From the NCBI GenBank assembly GCA_016928995.1, contig JAFGJS010000037.1, positions 5,895 through 69,894 of the forward strand: a stretch of 64,000 bases of DNA. Reading direction: 5' to 3'. A model generated the notes under the pieces. It ran no database searches and was not told the DNA's origin. It was given only the letters and a program-made list of their open reading frames with translations. This document shows, piece by piece, positions 1 to 11,599 of this stretch (positions within the stretch are counted from its first letter, which is position 1; each line of letters starts with the position of its first letter). Both the position numbers and the translations under genes were made by a program. The stretch comes from Candidatus Sumerlaeota bacterium (GTDB taxonomy: Bacteria > Sumerlaeota > Sumerlaeia > JAFGJS01).

Positions 1-1785
1 CATGCAATCATCGCCAGCGACGACAACCTTTTTTACAACATCATCGTGCAGAACGAGAAATTGGAGATCATCTACAAGTTTGGCGAGCAAGAACTGCAGG
101 AGATGAAGAAGACCGCAGGCGAAGAATACCTGCTGAAAACTCAACGCTTTAATACATATAAAAACTGTCTTTTCCTGCGAGGCTTCGAAGGCGTTTCAGG
201 CGGCTACATCGAGGACGGCAACGGCAATAAGCTGGGCCGTACGAGAATTTACTACACCACGCCGCCGAGCGAGGAATCGATCGAACTGCTCACGGAAAAA
301 TTCCGTTGGATCAGTTTGGGGATCGTGACGGGAATCGGATTGATTTATTTCTATCTGGTTTGGTTTCTCTTTCTGCCCGTGAAGCGCGTCGCCTCGCGCG
401 TCGACGAAGTGCAGCAGCGCAATCCGCGCATCCTGCCCCGGCCCAAGTCGCTGCTGGAACGGCAATACAACACGCTCGCGCGCGATTCGCTGATGACGGC
501 GATCAGCACTAGCCATGCGCAGTTGCTGTCGCAGAGTCGTCTGCCGGATCTGCAGGAGATGTTCAGTCAAATCGACCGGCTTATCATGCGCCATCTGCTG
601 TTGGAATCCATCGCTTTTTTCTCGGTGGAGCTCTCCGCCAGGAAAGCGCCGGTCAACTTCCAGCAAGTCACTCCGCCGGAAAGCGAACTCGACTTTATTG
701 TGCAGTATAAAATCGACCGCAAGCGTCGCGAGCAGATCGTGGAGGAATGCCTGAAGAGCGCGTCGTCCGGCGACAACAAATCCTTCCGCGCCTTTTTCGT
801 TCCCGGACGCTCCAACATTATCGCCGGATTGATCCGCATGCATCGCGGCCAGCGTTATTTCGAACTGGCGTTGTGCTGTTTGCCCCGGCGCATCAGCGGC
901 GAAATGCGGAACTGGCTGCTCGAATCGCTGGCGCAGATCTGCCAGAACATTCATGGCGGCTTGCGTGTGCTGGAGGCGCAGAAGAATTTAATCTTTACGG
1001 AAAAACGTCAGGCCAACATCAACCTTTCCCGGCAACTGGGGCATGACCTGACCAACGTGATCGCCACCAGCAAACTGGACCTGACCACGACGCGCATGTT
1101 TCTCAAGACTCCGGAAATGCAGAGCCTGGAATCGCCGCGCTTTATGATGTTCAAAAAGTCGATCGAGCATTTGGAAAACAACACGCGGTTTTTGCAGGAA
1201 ATCGTCAATATTTACCGCGCCTTCTCTTACATCAAGCATCCGCGCTATGAAGAGGTGCAGCTGAATGAACTGCTGGAGAACATCTGCCAGATTTTCCGGC
1301 TGTCCACCTCGCAGCGCTTCACCATCAACACCCGCTTCGATTCCGGCATGCCGCGCTGCAACCTGGAGGTGCGGCTGATCAAACTGGCGGTTTTCAACAT
1401 CCTGAACAATGCCGTGGAGGCGCTGAAACGAAAGGAGGATCAACAGTCCGAGGAGGCGATCACCGTGGAGACGCGGCATAAAACCGAAACCAAGGAAGCG
1501 GCCGTGCTGATCAGCGACACCGGTCCCGGCATTCGAGACGCCGCGGGAAACTTGTTGCAACCGGACGATTTGGAAAATATATTTGAACTAGGCGTTACAA
1601 CCAAAGCGGAAGATACGCCGGGCGAAGGTCTCGGATTGAATTGGGTGAAGACCATCGTAATGGATTTTCACAAGGGTTCCATCCAGGCTCATAATCTGGA
1701 CCGCGGCGGCGCGATGCTGCAAATCACGCTTTCCACGCAGCTGCCCGCGGGAGACTATCCCCAGCGCGAAGCCGCGACGAAATGA
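1..1785 (+). CDS. Membrane sensor histidine kinase (TM, HAMP-like, GAF-like?, HisKA, HATPase); 5'-truncated
   Basis: Frame open from base 1; TM WISLGIVTGIGLIYFYLVWFLFLP; H-box LGHDLTNVI; N-box NILNNAVEA; G1 DTGPGI; F-box IFELGVTTK; G2 GEGLGL. Confidence 0.92.
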   Translation, partial: HAIIASDDNLFYNIIVQNEKLEIIYKFGEQELQEMKKTAGEEYLLKTQRFNTYKNCLFLRGFEGVSGGYIEDGNGNKLGRTRIYYTTPPSEESIELLTEKFRWISLGIVTGIGLIYFYLVWFLFLPVKRVASRVDEVQQRNPRILPRPKSLLERQYNTLARDSLMTAISTSHAQLLSQSRLPDLQEMFSQIDRLIMRHLLLESIAFFSVELSARKAPVNFQQVTPPESELDFIVQYKIDRKRREQIVEECLKSASSGDNKSFRAFFVPGRSNIIAGLIRMHRGQRYFELALCCLPRRISGEMRNWLLESLAQICQNIHGGLRVLEAQKNLIFTEKRQANINLSRQLGHDLTNVIATSKLDLTTTRMFLKTPEMQSLESPRFMMFKKSIEHLENNTRFLQEIVNIYRAFSYIKHPRYEEVQLNELLENICQIFRLSTSQRFTINTRFDSGMPRCNLEVRLIKLAVFNILNNAVEALKRKEDQQSEEAITVETRHKTETKEAAVLISDTGPGIRDAAGNLLQPDDLENIFELGVTTKAEDTPGEGLGLNWVKTIVMDFHKGSIQAHNLDRGGAMLQITLSTQLPAGDYPQREAATK

Positions 1786-1803
1786 CAACCGGAGCGCAAT
1801 TCC

Positions 1804-3093
1804 ATGTCCAACAACGACATTCCCGTGCTCATCGTGGATGACAATCAAAGCTACCGTGAAGCCTTCACGCGCAACCTGGCGATGATGGAATTCGACGTCA
1901 AGGAGGCCGATAACAGCGAGGAGGCGCTGCGTATTCTGGATGACCAGGGTCCGATGGTCGTGGTCACCGACCTGCAGATGCGCACGGAGACCGAAGGGCT
2001 GGATTTGATCAAGACCGCGCGCGATCGTTTCCCGCTGCTGCCGATGATCATGATTTCCGCCGTCGGCACGTTCGAGGAAGGCGCGCTCGCTCAGAAGCTC
2101 GGCGCGGATCACGTGATCCACAAGAGCACCATCGAAGACGAGATCGAAACGCTTTATGAGCGCATCAAGCAATCATACCAGGCTTTTGTGAAAAACGACC
2201 GTCTGCTGGCGCGAATTAATGAACTGCGCGGCAAGGAGGCGCTGACTCCGGAGGACGACGCGGAGCTGGTGGAGATCATGCTGCGCCCGGATATCGACTC
2301 GCTGGTCAAAGGCGAGGCTTACGATCTGCGCACGTCGCAGCAAAGCACGCAACTGCTTTCCAGCACCGAGAAAGACGTGCGGCAGGCGATGGGGGAGGGG
2401 GAGAGCGTCGTCACTTCGCTGGCTGAAATCGACAAGTTGTTGCTGGAGGAACTTCCGCATTACGAAAGTTTGGAGCAGGAATCGAAAAATCAGATTCAAT
2501 CGGCGGAGTTTCTCTACCAGCAGCAAGTGCGCGGCAAGGGGGCCTATGACTTCAGCCGCAGCATCGGCTTTTCCTTCTGCTTCGCCGTGGAGAACGAGGT
2601 GAAATCGACGCTGAAGCGGAAAATCCACCGTTTCCTGAGCCATGACGACACGTATCAGCTGATCGAAAAACTGCTCGACGACAAGCGCAAGAACCTGGAC
2701 ATCTTTTTCCATCAGTACCTGCTGCAAACGGCGCTGAACAACAATGAGATGGAAATCACCACGGAGAACGTGAAGCAGACCTTGCAGCGGATCCTGCAGC
2801 ACCAGGTGCGCTACAAACCCGACGGCCTGAAGGCCGTGGGCATCATGCTGATCTGCTTCGGGCAGGAATATAACCTGCGCGTGATGCGCGGCGCGGTCAA
2901 GGTGGAGAATCCGCTCGGAATGAAATTCGCCGACGGCAGCGACAGCACCGTGGAGGCGCTCGCCGAGAAGCTCATTGCGCTGCAGCACTTCCGCAATCCG
3001 TACATCCACCCGGAAATCTCCGACATGCAGAACATCTCCAAAGTGCGCGATTGCGCCTTCGACTGCCTGAAGGTGATTAAAGACATCATCTGA
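1804..3093 (+). CDS. Response regulator: N-terminal receiver domain plus C-terminal putative HEPN-like domain
   Basis: REC motifs LIVDD, TDLQM (phospho-Asp), MISA, HKS; C-terminal DFSRSIGFSFCFAVENEV and RNPYIH (R-N-x3-H); no HTH; 18 nt after the kinase. Confidence 0.85.
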   Translation: MSNNDIPVLIVDDNQSYREAFTRNLAMMEFDVKEADNSEEALRILDDQGPMVVVTDLQMRTETEGLDLIKTARDRFPLLPMIMISAVGTFEEGALAQKLGADHVIHKSTIEDEIETLYERIKQSYQAFVKNDRLLARINELRGKEALTPEDDAELVEIMLRPDIDSLVKGEAYDLRTSQQSTQLLSSTEKDVRQAMGEGESVVTSLAEIDKLLLEELPHYESLEQESKNQIQSAEFLYQQQVRGKGAYDFSRSIGFSFCFAVENEVKSTLKRKIHRFLSHDDTYQLIEKLLDDKRKNLDIFFHQYLLQTALNNNEMEITTENVKQTLQRILQHQVRYKPDGLKAVGIMLICFGQEYNLRVMRGAVKVENPLGMKFADGSDSTVEALAEKLIALQHFRNPYIHPEISDMQNISKVRDCAFDCLKVIKDII

Positions 3094-3183
3094 TCCCGCA
3101 ATCATGGAGCGATGAGAATGAAGAAAGAATCGCTATCATCAAATATCATGGCCGAATCCAAATAAAAACGGTGGCAACACGAC

Positions 3184-3702
3184 ATGAAGCAAATTGTCAA
3201 AACAGAAGACATTGCACCGATGATCCACTGGATTCGTCAGGAGAAGGTCATGCTTGATCGTGATCTTGCTGACTTATATGGGGTTGAAACACGGACGTTA
3301 AAGCAGGCTGTTCGCCGTAATTTGGATCGGTTCCCCGAAGATTTCATGTTCAAACTCGAGGATTCCGAAGTTGAAGCTCTGGTGTCACAAAATGTGATAC
3401 CTTCCAAAGGCATCTTCGGCGGCGCCGTGCCGATGGCATTCACTGAACAGGGCGTTGCCATGCTTTCCAGCGTGCTACGCAGCAAGCGCGCCACGGAAGT
3501 CAACATTGCCATCATGCGAACATTCGTTCAACTCCGGCGCCTGATGGACAGCAATCGGGAATTGGCGAAAAAAATCAATCAATTAGAGAAAAAATACGAT
3601 GAACAATTTTCGTTAGTCTTCCAGGCGATCAAACAACTTTTAGCCGAAGACGAAGCGCGAAAACAGAAACCAAAGCGACGAATCGGTTTCAACCAGGAAT
3701 GA
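3184..3702 (+). CDS. ORF6N domain DNA-binding protein
   Basis: IRQEKVMLDRDLADLYGVETRTLKQAVRRNLDRFPEDFMF, AFTEQGVAMLSSVLRS and terminal RRIGF are typical of the ORF6N family. Confidence 0.92.
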   Translation: MKQIVKTEDIAPMIHWIRQEKVMLDRDLADLYGVETRTLKQAVRRNLDRFPEDFMFKLEDSEVEALVSQNVIPSKGIFGGAVPMAFTEQGVAMLSSVLRSKRATEVNIAIMRTFVQLRRLMDSNRELAKKINQLEKKYDEQFSLVFQAIKQLLAEDEARKQKPKRRIGFNQE

Positions 3703-3824
3703 TCCACACGACCATACGATAGTGTCTTGGATAATAGGACGAATTCGAACAAGAAAACCACCGTCGTTAAACCGCAGAATTTCAAACATTAGAAGTACGA
3801 AGAGCTGAAGGAAAGACTGAATTG

Positions 3825-4124
3825 TCAATCGGTTGATTGGGCGTCGCCGGTCTTGGCGTCTTCTTCGCGCAAGGCGGCTTGGAGCTGGGCGCGGAGTTGC
3901 TCTTTGAATTCCGGCGAGAGGCGCTGTTCTGAGGGGGGATCGAACGATTGGACCGCCTCCATGTAACGCGCCACGAGCATTGCGAGCTGATTCGTCTGGT
4001 TCTCGTATCGCCGGCATAGCAAGCATTGGCGCGAGTGAAACCACAATGCGATGCGCTGGAACAGCGACAGTTTACGATCTAAAGCCTGCGAAACGAGTTC
4101 CGCGGCCTGTTTGCAATTCATCAT
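3825..4124 (-). CDS. zf-HC2 (ZAS) soluble anti-sigma factor
   Basis: MMNCKQA start and HSRQCLLC (HxxxCxxC); 4-nt overlap with the ECF sigma gene. Confidence 0.88.
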   Translation of the reverse strand: MMNCKQAAELVSQALDRKLSLFQRIALWFHSRQCLLCRRYENQTNQLAMLVARYMEAVQSFDPPSEQRLSPEFKEQLRAQLQAALREEDAKTGDAQSTD

Positions 4125-4723
4125 TGCCCTTCGTCCCCTTCATGACCAAACCAGTTCTGCTCCAGGCACCCCCGCAGGCGCGCGCGGGACCGGTGCAGCA
4201 TCACCCATAAATTGGTAGGAGTCACATCCAGAACCTTACAAATCTCTTCTGTTTTCATGCCGTCGATCATTCGCAGGCTGAAGGCCTGGCTCAGGCGCTC
4301 CGGCAGCTTGCCAAGGCAGCGGTCCAGCTGCTCCCAGAACTGCTTGCGCTCCATCAGCTCCGCTGGATTCGCGTTCCACTCCGCTGGGGCGAATTCGTCT
4401 TTCCAGTGGCCCCTCTGGTCGAAGAGGAAATCCACATCCTGCTCATCGCTTTCAAACTCGCTGGCCGGACGTTCGCGTTGTGCTTTGCGGATGTAATCCA
4501 CGATTTTATGCTTCATGATGCCCGTGAGCCAGGTGCGCTCGGTGGATTTGCCGGAGAAATTGTCGCGGGCGCGGATGGCCGCGAGCAGCGTCTCCTGCAC
4601 GATGTCCTGCGCCGTTTCCTCGTTGCGCAGGCGCGACATCGCAAAGCGGAAAAGATAATCGCCGTGCTGATCGATCCAGGTTTCCGGATCGGATATATTT
4701 GATTTTGTTGTTGGCCCCGTCAT
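4121..4723 (-). CDS. ECF-type sigma-70 factor
   Basis: Region 2 AQDIVQETLLAA and TWLTGIMKHKIVD; region 4 EEICKVLDVTPTNLWVMLHRSRARLRGCLE. Confidence 0.93.
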   Translation of the reverse strand: MTGPTTKSNISDPETWIDQHGDYLFRFAMSRLRNEETAQDIVQETLLAAIRARDNFSGKSTERTWLTGIMKHKIVDYIRKAQRERPASEFESDEQDVDFLFDQRGHWKDEFAPAEWNANPAELMERKQFWEQLDRCLGKLPERLSQAFSLRMIDGMKTEEICKVLDVTPTNLWVMLHRSRARLRGCLEQNWFGHEGDEGQ

Positions 4724-4873
4724 TGCTTAATACCGCCTATATTCAATGGCGCCGTGTGTTGTGCATATGCAAGGGTGTGTTTTTCTTTCACTCCGCCCTT
4801 ATCTCGCATAATCTCTAAAATTAAATAAACGTTTTATGGCAACGCGCTTTGGGCTGCAAGCAAAATCGGCACA

Positions 4874-6304
4874 TCAAAACGCGCCGTGGCCGAAAAGCAC
4901 GGCTGGAACCGTGCGCAGAATGATCATGATGTCCAGCAGGATCGAATGGTTTTTGATGTAATAAAGGTCGTATTCCATATTGAGTTCGAGCGGCAGGTTC
5001 TTGCGGCCGATGATTTGCCAGAGACCTGTCACTCCGGGCTTTACGCTGAGCCGGTAGCGCTGCCATTGGTCGTATTTTTCCACGATAAACGGCATCTCCG
5101 GCCGCGGCCCTACGAGGCTCATTTCTCCGCGCACCACGTTCCAGAGCTGCGGGAATTCATCCAGGCTGTATTTGCGCAGGAAGCGGCCGATTTTCGTGAT
5201 GCGCGCATCCTCGGGATTCGTCGGCGCCTCTTCATATTGCGGCGCATGCAGGTGCATCGTGCGGAATTTGTACATCGTGAAGCGCCGGCCGCGATGCCCC
5301 ACGCGTTCCTGTTTGAAGATCGCCGGGCCTTTTGAAGTCCATTTGATCAGCAGCGCCACGGGGATCATCCAGAGCAGCGAGGCCAGCAGCAGCGGAATGG
5401 AAATCGCCAGGTCCATTGCGCGTTTGATGAACGCCTGGGAGCCGGGCATGCCGCCGGCCGGGAGGCTGTGCACGGGCACCTCGGCCATCACATCGAGCCG
5501 CGATTGGTTCGTGATCACTTCGAACGCGTGGCTGACCACGTAAAAATGCACCTGTTGCTGATCGCATTCCACGATCAGATTCAGCATCCGGGATTGCGGC
5601 ATGCTGGGGATGGCGATGAACACGACTTCGATGCCATGCGCCTCCACCAACCGGCGCAGTTCCTGGGTCGCTCCAAGCACAGGCACGTCGTTGATGCGCT
5701 CGGTTTGCAGGCCGGGATCGTCATCGACGAAGCCAATGATCCGGTAGCCGACTTCGGAATGCTGGCGGATGCGGTTCAGCACATCGCGTCCGGTCTGGCC
5801 CGCGCCCACGACAAGCGTTTTGAGCATTCCCTCGCCGTGTTGAAACGCCACGGCCTTGCGCCAGCGCAGGATAGAGCGCGAGGAATAGAGGTAGATGAAA
5901 TTCATCACGGCGTAGATCAGCACGATCGAGCGCCCCAGGTCGTATTCCTTGAGCAGGAAAGCCAGCGCGAAGGTGCAGACCGCCACGTTGAACGAGGCTT
6001 TGAAGACGCGAGTCAACTCGTTCAGGCCCGAGAGCCGCTCCCGGTGCGCGTAATGGCCGTAATAGGCGTAAATCGCCAGCCAGCAGATGAGCAGAACCGG
6101 CATGGAGCGGATATAACTGGCGAGAAGATTAATGTGCTGCGTGATGATCGGCAACGAGCCGTCATCCGGCGCGGGATTGAGCAGATAACGGATCCACCAT
6201 GACAGCATCCACAGCGCGGTGAGGGAAACCGCGTCGAGGATCACGAGAACCAGAGTCAGCCTGGGGCTGCGAAAAAAAGATTTCATGGCGCTGTCAGCCG
6301 TCAT
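4874..6304 (-). CDS. Undecaprenyl-phosphate sugar phosphotransferase (WcaJ/WbaP-like priming glycosyltransferase)
   Basis: N-terminal TMs, VVGAG Rossmann-like domain, KRAMDL, KFRTM, RKYSLDEFPQLWNVVRGEMSLVGPRPE, KPGVTGLWQ. Confidence 0.93.
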   Translation of the reverse strand: MTADSAMKSFFRSPRLTLVLVILDAVSLTALWMLSWWIRYLLNPAPDDGSLPIITQHINLLASYIRSMPVLLICWLAIYAYYGHYAHRERLSGLNELTRVFKASFNVAVCTFALAFLLKEYDLGRSIVLIYAVMNFIYLYSSRSILRWRKAVAFQHGEGMLKTLVVGAGQTGRDVLNRIRQHSEVGYRIIGFVDDDPGLQTERINDVPVLGATQELRRLVEAHGIEVVFIAIPSMPQSRMLNLIVECDQQQVHFYVVSHAFEVITNQSRLDVMAEVPVHSLPAGGMPGSQAFIKRAMDLAISIPLLLASLLWMIPVALLIKWTSKGPAIFKQERVGHRGRRFTMYKFRTMHLHAPQYEEAPTNPEDARITKIGRFLRKYSLDEFPQLWNVVRGEMSLVGPRPEMPFIVEKYDQWQRYRLSVKPGVTGLWQIIGRKNLPLELNMEYDLYYIKNHSILLDIMIILRTVPAVLFGHGAF

Positions 6305-6426
6305 TCAACACATGCATTGGGATAGTCGCTTATGTCCAACGAATCTAATGGGGTGGATTCAGACGGTCAAACCAAAACATTGCGTGCGCTCCGAATTGCG
6401 CGGCGCGGGAGCATGTCCGGTTTTTT

Positions 6427-6675
6427 TTATCCGAACGGATTTTCCGAGTGGCTGCCGCCCAGGCTGTTGCGCAATCCGCGAACGCCGCGCCGCATCTCGT
6501 AGCGCAGGTTGTGCAGCGAGCGCACCATCGACATCTTCCAGCATGGTTCGAATTGCGGACAGTGAAAGCATTTCTCCCGGTCTTCATGTTCGGACGTGCC
6601 GAAGTCGTCGAACCAGCCGAAACTGATGCCGAAGCACTCCGGCATCTCCTGATCCGCTCGCGCTTGCTTTTCCAT
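6427..6675 (-). CDS. Small hypothetical protein with four Cys (PECFG...CxxCx5C); start at 6675 or 6681
   Basis: Purine-rich RBS GGAAGGGGG upstream; lies between the fusA terminator and the sugar transferase gene; clustered Cys. Confidence 0.65.
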   Translation of the reverse strand: MEKQARADQEMPECFGISFGWFDDFGTSEHEDREKCFHCPQFEPCWKMSMVRSLHNLRYEMRRGVRGLRNSLGGSHSENPFG

Positions 6676-6775
6676 GTGCATCCCCCTTCCGCTTTGAATT
6701 GCACTGGCGTCATTGGAAGGCGCCATCATAACGAAAGAGTCCGGCGCCGTCAACCGCAGCGCGGATCATGGCATG

Positions 6776-6815
6776 AAAAAACGGCGCGCGGATCGATGAT
6801 ACTCCGCGCGCCGTT
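6776..6815 (-). terminator. Intrinsic terminator after fusA
   Basis: Stem AACGGCGCGCGGA/TCCGCGCGCCGTT followed by a T-run on the minus strand. Confidence 0.85.
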
Positions 6816-6838
6816 CGCATTTTTATATCACGCTGTTG

Positions 6839-8938
<2,100 letters not shown>

Positions 8939-8971
8939 TGAATTGTCTCTCCAAATTTATAATGATTCTTT

Positions 8972-8999
8972 ATCTTAATTCTAATCTTAATCGTAATCC
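8972..8999. repeat. Degenerate hexamer tandem repeat ATCTTA/ATTCTA/ATCGTA
   Basis: ATCTTA ATTCTA ATCTTA ATCGTA ATCC read directly. Confidence 0.65.
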
Positions 9000-9012
9000 C
9001 GAAAAGCGTCTA

Positions 9013-9040
9013 AGGGTCTGGGGGCTAGGGTCTGGGGTTT
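9013..9040. repeat. Heptamer tandem repeat, G-quadruplex-consensus motif on + strand
   Basis: AGGGTCT GGGGGCT AGGGTCT GGGGTTT. Confidence 0.75.
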
Positions 9041-9135
9041 AGTGATAGATCAGCTGGCGTCGTGATTTCAAAATGATCATTGAATGCAAAGTCAGAAATC
9101 CGGCCCAATGGCCGGTTGTTGTTGCGTCAGACAAT

Positions 9136-9168
9136 AACAAGGCGCGCCATGTTTTGGCGCGCCTTGTT
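9136..9168 (-). terminator. 14-bp hairpin downstream of rpsG (terminator or processing stem)
   Basis: AACAAGGCGCGCCA-tgttt-TGGCGCGCCTTGTT perfect inverted repeat. Confidence 0.65.
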
Positions 9169-9205
9169 GATATATTTACGGCGGCGTTCCGTTTTCTCTC
9201 GCGGC

Positions 9206-9703
<498 letters not shown>

Positions 9704-9741
9704 TTATACTCGTTTGTATGTTCAATCAAAAATAAACGCTG

Positions 9742-10113
<372 letters not shown>

Positions 10114-10179
10114 TCAGTCCACCTAAATCGCTTAAAATCAGCCGGTAGTTGTTGATTTTCCGGCGCAAATAGAAGGGCG

Positions 10180-10208
10180 ATGCTAAGTCCGGCCCCGGAG
10201 CCTGTCAA
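10180..10208 (-). promoter_or_regulatory. Sigma70 promoter of the str operon
   Basis: Minus strand TTGACA-N17-TAGCAT, about 65 nt upstream of rpsL. Confidence 0.75.
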
Positions 10209-10277
10209 GCCCTAAATACAGAAAAGATGAGGCTGGCTGGGAGCTTTCTCAAGCTTATTAAATGTCAATTAATGTCA

Positions 10278-10357
10278 ATCGATATCGAAATCGGGATCGC
10301 AATCGAAATCGATCCTAAATATCACGGCTGCATTTCGATCCCGATCCCGATTTCGAT
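10278..10357. repeat. Inverted pair of hexamer tandem arrays (ATCGNN)6 / (NNCGAT)4
   Basis: ATCGAT ATCGAA ATCGGG ATCGCA ATCGAA ATCGAT, spacer, then TTCGAT CCCGAT CCCGAT TTCGAT. Confidence 0.85.
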
Positions 10358-10529
10358 AGGGATGGGCCGAGACTTTGGAAAACTCCTGTTTAATTTCTCC
10401 TTCGGCATAATCGGCGGTTGACAAATCCCGGCGCGAGGGGAATGTTAGAACACCGTGAGCCTGTGTGATGCGCGAGGCATCCCGGACTTGTTTCGTTTCA
10501 ACCATCCGCTTTCGGGGAGGCGGCCTAAC

Positions 10530-11489
10530 GTGATTGGAGATCGAAAGCTTGTGCTGCTGAGCGGGCGCGCCAGCGCTTCGCTCAGTCAGGAAATCGCGGA
10601 GTACCTCAGCACGCCCCTCGGCGCCGTGCACACCAGCCAGTTCAGCGACGGCGAGATTTTCATCAAAATCGAAGAGAACGTGCGCGGGGCGGACGTCTAT
10701 ATCATTCAATCCACGCATCACCCCAGCAGCGATCATATTATTGAACTTTGCCTGATGATCGACGCCTGCCGGCGGGCCTCGGCCGAACGGATCAACGCGG
10801 TGATCCCTTATTTTGGATACGCCCGGCAGGACCGGAAGACTCAGGGGCGCGTGCCGCTGTCGGCCAAGGTGATCGCCAATATGATCTCCGGCGCCGGGGC
10901 GGACCGGGTCATCACCTGCGATTTGCACACCGGCCAAATCCAGGGCTTTTTCGACATCCCGGTCGATCATCTGTACGCCGGCAAGAGCATCTGCAATTTC
11001 GTCAAGGAGTTCTATCCGCTGGAGAACGCCGTCGTGGTCTCGCCGGACGTGGGCAACGTCAAACGCTCCCGTTCGTATGCCATGCGGCTCAATCTGCCTC
11101 TGGCGATCATCGACAAACGCCGACAGCGCGCCAATCAGTCCGAAGTGATGCACGTCGTTGGCGACGTGGCGGGCAAGACCTGCTACATTTTCGATGATAT
11201 GATCGACACGGGCGGCACGATCTGCAACGCGGTCTATGCGTTGGTGGAGAAAGGCGCGAAGGACATTTACGTGGGTTGTACCCACGCGGTTTTTTCCGGT
11301 TCGGCGCGCGAAAATCTGGGCAAGGCGCCGGTCAAGATGGTTTTTTGCTCGAATACCATCCCGCAGCAGCCATGCAATAAACTCAAGAATTTACAGGTCA
11401 TCAGCGTGGCGCCGTTGCTGGGCGAAACCCTGCGCCGCGTGCATCTCAATCAATCCGTCAGCGAGCTGTTCGGCGGTATGGAACTATAA
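10530..11489 (+). CDS. prs: Ribose-phosphate pyrophosphokinase
   Basis: FSDGE, PYFGYARQDRK, DLHTGQIQGFFD, VVVSPDVG, DDMIDTGGT; GTG start at 10530 after GGGGAGG. Confidence 0.98.
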   Translation: MIGDRKLVLLSGRASASLSQEIAEYLSTPLGAVHTSQFSDGEIFIKIEENVRGADVYIIQSTHHPSSDHIIELCLMIDACRRASAERINAVIPYFGYARQDRKTQGRVPLSAKVIANMISGAGADRVITCDLHTGQIQGFFDIPVDHLYAGKSICNFVKEFYPLENAVVVSPDVGNVKRSRSYAMRLNLPLAIIDKRRQRANQSEVMHVVGDVAGKTCYIFDDMIDTGGTICNAVYALVEKGAKDIYVGCTHAVFSGSARENLGKAPVKMVFCSNTIPQQPCNKLKNLQVISVAPLLGETLRRVHLNQSVSELFGGMEL

Positions 11490-11599
11490 GCAAATTTATC
11501 GTGGCCTTTTGATTGACACCGGCAGCGTAACGAGCGAAAAATTCCGATCCTCGAATCCAATTTTGGTATGAACGGTCGCAGATAATCGGTCGTGCCATT

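Noticed and set aside
4724-4873. Autoregulatory ECF promoter upstream of the sigma gene
   Set aside because: Candidate -35/-10 elements have non-standard spacing and cannot be supported by eye
10227-10421. 64-aa ORF with IDIEIGIAIEID/ISIPIPISI
   Set aside because: Translation of the ATCGNN repeat element, not a credible protein
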